Origin: Thermoplasmatota archaeon
GTDB lineage: Archaea > Thermoplasmatota > Thermoplasmata > Lutacidiplasmatales > JAMCUS01
Assembly: GCA_023379385.1 (NCBI GenBank)
Contig: JAMCUS010000027.1
Location: 11,640-75,639, forward strand
Length of the DNA stretch: 64,000 bases
Direction of reading: 5' to 3'
Part shown: in pieces, positions 60,611 through 64,000 of the stretch
How the letters are laid out: every line of letters starts with the position of its first letter
Position numbering within the stretch: the first letter of the stretch is position 1
The notes under the pieces: generated by a model
Told to the model about the DNA's origin: nothing
Database searches by the model: none
The model's input: only the letters and a program-made list of their open reading frames with translations
Position numbers and translations under genes: made by a program

Positions 60611-61245
60611 GTATTTTCATTATTCATATATTAAAAGATAGCCTTGCTATATAAAATAATTTTCCTACAAAATTACATTAATACAAAGTTAAGGCATGGT
60701 TTATGTTAATATTCGTCTTGATGAGATATCACCATTCCTGTTATGCAACGGATGTTTCAACTAGTTTTCACTCTTAAATACGCATAAGTTTTTATTAATT
60801 TGTGCTCACTAATTTTAGGCAACTTTATATATTTGTAATACCTTATACCTTTATGTATGTTGATGAACATGCTGCTCATATAAACGGAAAGACATATACA
60901 CGTTATCTGATAAGGGAATCTTACCGTGATAAAGGAAAGATCAAACATCGTACTATTGCAAACATTTCTAAATGTTCTACATAAAAAATAAGTGCGATTA
61001 AATCAACCTTAAAATATAGAGGATATCGTAGCCACTAGAAAGAAAATAAATAATAAACGTAAGATATAATGACCAGTATAGCATAAAATCACAGGTTTTT
61101 TAAAAAAATTTTCTAGAAAGATCCGACGCAGTATTAACCATAAATGGTACCAGCTACTGGGTTATATCAATAATATTGAATGACATATTCTAACCAGGAT
61201 TGATAACGCTACATTACCATTATGTGATATGAAAAATACAGATCC

Positions 61246-61614
61246 TTAATTTACGTCATTAGATGTACTCTTTTTTTTAATGTTTTTTGATATTCTTTTA
61301 GGTTTATCTTCAAATTTAATATTCAAGTTTTCTATATCTTCGGGAATTCTGCTCTCAACGTACTCAATTTCTATTTCTATTGCCCTTTTTGCTATTTTAA
61401 GAATGGATGTGTATAACTCTTTTAGTTCTCTCCATTCTTTTTCGTCTATTTTTTTATTTTTAAAAAGAGCATCTGCAAAGTTAAGTGATCTTCTATAAAT
61501 ATTTGCGATTTCGTTTATTGTGTATGGGTCTCCTAAATGCTTCACCATTAATTTTGTTCTGTTCATAACAAAGGTTTCGCCTCTTTTCAACTCCTTATCA
61601 ATTTTTCTTTTCAT
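61246..61614 (-). CDS. hypothetical protein, overlapping the arsA-like gene by 4 nt
   Basis: 122-aa ORF, charged and helical. Confidence 0.35.
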   Translation of the reverse strand: MKRKIDKELKRGETFVMNRTKLMVKHLGDPYTINEIANIYRRSLNFADALFKNKKIDEKEWRELKELYTSILKIAKRAIEIEIEYVESRIPEDIENLNIKFEDKPKRISKNIKKKSTSNDVN

Positions 61615-62792
61615 TTCTTATCACCATTATCAAATGATATATTGAGATGCTGATTTTTATATTTTGCCTCTTTAATTTTTGATTTTGCCATGGAAAGAGG
61701 TAATGCAATGGACCTCCTGTAGCTACCTACCCTTATATGAAGAATGTCGTGGGAAATGTATGCTTCAATTACTCCATTTTCGTCTATGAATGGAATTAGA
61801 ATTGATATTGTTGTATTCTTCTTTGTTTCTATAAAATGTATAGATTTTTCTTTTGAATAGACTTTGAGTGGGTCATCATTTTTGAAAAGGTCATTCGCAA
61901 GCTTAATAAGGTAGTCTAATCCAATTATTTCATGCGAATACATTGGAGCGTATAATTTGTAAATATCTCCAAAAGACTCTTCAATAATTTTCATATTATT
62001 TTCCTGTTCCTTCTGTTTTATATCAAAAAAGTTATTGCCAGTATTAGAAGGCATAACTCTATTGATTACAATAGCTTCTACGGTGAAATCATATAACGAT
62101 AGATAAGTAAAAGCACGTTGCGTTTCACTTATCACCATTTTTTCTGGATTCACAACGAGTCTAACAGTTGTTATTTCTGGGTCTGTTAAAATATTTTGAA
62201 TGGATTGAAAATAACCGTATATTTCTTCAAATGAATCAAATACATTATCAGTGGGTAGTGGTGTTTTCATTACCTTGCCCATGGTAGCTCTTGCAACTTT
62301 TGTAGCATATTTATTTACATAAAAGAATCTTTTAAAATACCATTCCGCAATGTTTGGAAAGCTGAGTAATCTGAGTGTGTCAGCGGTAGGTGCAGTATCC
62401 ATTATAATGGTATCAAAATCATTATTTTTAATATACCTGTTTATGTTAAATAGAGCTGCCACAAAATCCATTCCTGGCAAAATAGCAAGCTCCTTTGATT
62501 TTACATCGGATAATCCAATAGATGAAAACAGCATGGCTAAATAGTTTGACAGGTCCTTCCAGTTATCCTCTATTTCAGTTATAACATCAATCTCCTGGGC
62601 CCACAGATTTTTATAAATTTTAGTGGGTCTGGGTCCTATACTGGTATCAAAAGAATCAGAGGTAGAATGTGCACTGTCTGTTGATAACAGCAGGGTTTTG
62701 TATCCTTTTATAGCTGATGCCAGTGCAGTTGCAGACGCAATAGAGGTTTTTCCGACACCGCCCTTGCCGGTATAAATTATAATTCTGGTCAT
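61611..62792 (-). CDS. arsA: ArsA/Get3-family ATPase with a C-terminal HSP20/CS-like domain
   Basis: P-loop GKGGVGKT and the A-loop/switch motif IIMDTAPTADTLRLL. The C-terminal ~80 aa are beta-rich. Confidence 0.65.
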   Translation of the reverse strand: MTRIIIYTGKGGVGKTSIASATALASAIKGYKTLLLSTDSAHSTSDSFDTSIGPRPTKIYKNLWAQEIDVITEIEDNWKDLSNYLAMLFSSIGLSDVKSKELAILPGMDFVAALFNINRYIKNNDFDTIIMDTAPTADTLRLLSFPNIAEWYFKRFFYVNKYATKVARATMGKVMKTPLPTDNVFDSFEEIYGYFQSIQNILTDPEITTVRLVVNPEKMVISETQRAFTYLSLYDFTVEAIVINRVMPSNTGNNFFDIKQKEQENNMKIIEESFGDIYKLYAPMYSHEIIGLDYLIKLANDLFKNDDPLKVYSKEKSIHFIETKKNTTISILIPFIDENGVIEAYISHDILHIRVGSYRRSIALPLSMAKSKIKEAKYKNQHLNISFDNGDKK

Positions 62793-62803
62793 AAAACCCT
62801 CTA

Positions 62804-63775
62804 TTAATAAATTTTGGAGATTATATTCTCATTTACGTATCTGTTTTCACTGATTATGGAGTTTTCAATCGTTATTCCTTCTTCAATTTCTGTATTATTC
62901 AGTATAACACTATTATGGATTCTTACATGCCTGCCTATTTTTACGTCAGGTCCTACGGATGCATAAGGCCCTATCGTAGAACTCTCTTTTATGCTCACAT
63001 TCATAGATATATCAACAGGCATCTTCAGATGGACATTCTCAGGTATAGCATGTATGGTATCTGTAGATACCTTCCCGTTATCAAGAATCACCCTATTGGC
63101 ATACAGGAACCTTTCCAGCGTACCAGCATCTATCCAATACCCTTCAAATTTATATGAAAACATCCTTTCTGTTTTAGCAAGTTGAGGGAATATATCTTTT
63201 TCTATGCTTATAAGTTCCTTATCAGGCAGATGTTCCAGCACATGTGGAGAAAATATATACATTCCTGCGTTGATTATGTTTTGTTTCTCTGTAAAGCTAG
63301 CAGGTTTTTCCGCAAAATCCAATACTTTCGTATCACTTGCAACATGTATAAGACCGTACGAAGATGGATTGGCTACTGTCCATACAGCTACAGTTACCAG
63401 CGAATGTTTTTTTAGGTGATATTGTTCCATATCAGAAAAGTTTATTGATGAAATAACGTCGCCATTGATAACAAAAAAATCAGAATTTAACCTGTTTTTA
63501 AGATGTTTTAACGCGCCTCCGGTACCAAGTGGTTTATCCTCTTCAATCATCTCTATTTTAAATCTGAATTTTCCATTCTCTAAATAATTCCTGAGCCTTT
63601 CAGATAGATGATAGATGGTGACATATACGGTTTTTACTGAATCTGGTAGCTTTTCAAAAATGTACTCGATCATAGGTCTATTAGCAAGTGGTATCATTGG
63701 TTTGGGGCATGTATCAGTAGCTGGAGCCAATCTGCTACCCCTACCACCAGCAAGGATCACTACAGACTCGATCAT
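62804..63775 (-). CDS. sugar-1-phosphate nucleotidyltransferase with a C-terminal left-handed beta-helix domain
   Basis: N-terminal ILAGGRGSRLAPATDTCPKPMIPLANRPMIEY (G-x-G-T-R-L). The C-terminal region has hexapeptide-like repeats. Confidence 0.7.
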   Translation of the reverse strand: MIESVVILAGGRGSRLAPATDTCPKPMIPLANRPMIEYIFEKLPDSVKTVYVTIYHLSERLRNYLENGKFRFKIEMIEEDKPLGTGGALKHLKNRLNSDFFVINGDVISSINFSDMEQYHLKKHSLVTVAVWTVANPSSYGLIHVASDTKVLDFAEKPASFTEKQNIINAGMYIFSPHVLEHLPDKELISIEKDIFPQLAKTERMFSYKFEGYWIDAGTLERFLYANRVILDNGKVSTDTIHAIPENVHLKMPVDISMNVSIKESSTIGPYASVGPDVKIGRHVRIHNSVILNNTEIEEGITIENSIISENRYVNENIISKIY

Positions 63776-63841
63776 ATTACAAACACCGCAGAATATTAAA
63801 TCATGCTAAATTGTATAAATAAGCTCATCAGATTTACACTG

Positions 63842-64000
63842 GACTTATGCTAACAATGTTGTTACCTCTTATTATAAGGGTTCCTACCCTCCGTCTGTTT
63901 TTATCAGGTAACTCTTCTTCTGTATCGTCTAATACAAGATTCATAAATTCATCATAACCAGATAACTTACCGGTTAAGGTTCTACCATCCTTCAGAACAA
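63842..64000 (-). CDS. Sm-like (LSm) archaeal protein, C-terminal part (N-terminus beyond window end)
   Basis: Minus-strand translation reads ...VLKDGRTLTGKLSGYDEFMNLVLDDTEEELPDKNRRRVGTLIIRGNNIVSISPV*. This fits the Sm1/Sm2 motifs (G.L.G.D..MNLVL; IRG.NI). Confidence 0.65.

Overview
This is AT-rich (about 35% GC) archaeal chromosome, almost certainly from a Thermoplasmatales-type organism. The evidence is aRF1, Pelota, archaeal-type GAPDH, aTrm56, TrmY, archease, an Sm-like protein, and an intron-containing tRNA-Tyr with the archaeal C1:G72 pair. The window mixes housekeeping genes (rpl11 fragment, nfo, gap, prf1, trx, sod, folP, dnaJ, icd, psd, truA, coaBC, arsA) with three accessory regions. 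(i) 0.8-11 kb is a cell-surface island. It holds a 1620-aa repeat-rich bitopic protein, an IS630 pseudogene, a Gly-repeat surface protein, and a bitopic protein with extracellular PKD domains and a cytoplasmic winged-helix domain. The two genes flanking that last protein carry an identical 21-nt tandem motif in their upstream regions. (ii) 11.3-20.8 kb is a roughly 9.4-kb segment bounded by roughly 110-bp direct repeats, the left one abutting a TnpB remnant. It carries a KaiC-like ATPase pair and an overlapping MoxR-AAA / VWA-metallopeptidase / novel 268-aa protein operon whose third gene is tandemly duplicated. (iii) 28.7-31.1 kb and 35.9-36.7 kb are IS/MITE junkyards. They contain IS4-family transposase fragments, A and B repeats, a permuted DNA methyltransferase with no start codon, and a roughly 120-bp MITE family with 4 copies. 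Other notable items are giant TM-anchored surface proteins with C-terminal cytoplasmic zinc ribbons, a perfect 480-bp intragenic tandem duplication, and an ICDH with a C-terminal extension. No CRISPR array or rRNA was found. All calls come from reading the supplied translations and sequence by eye; no database search was run.
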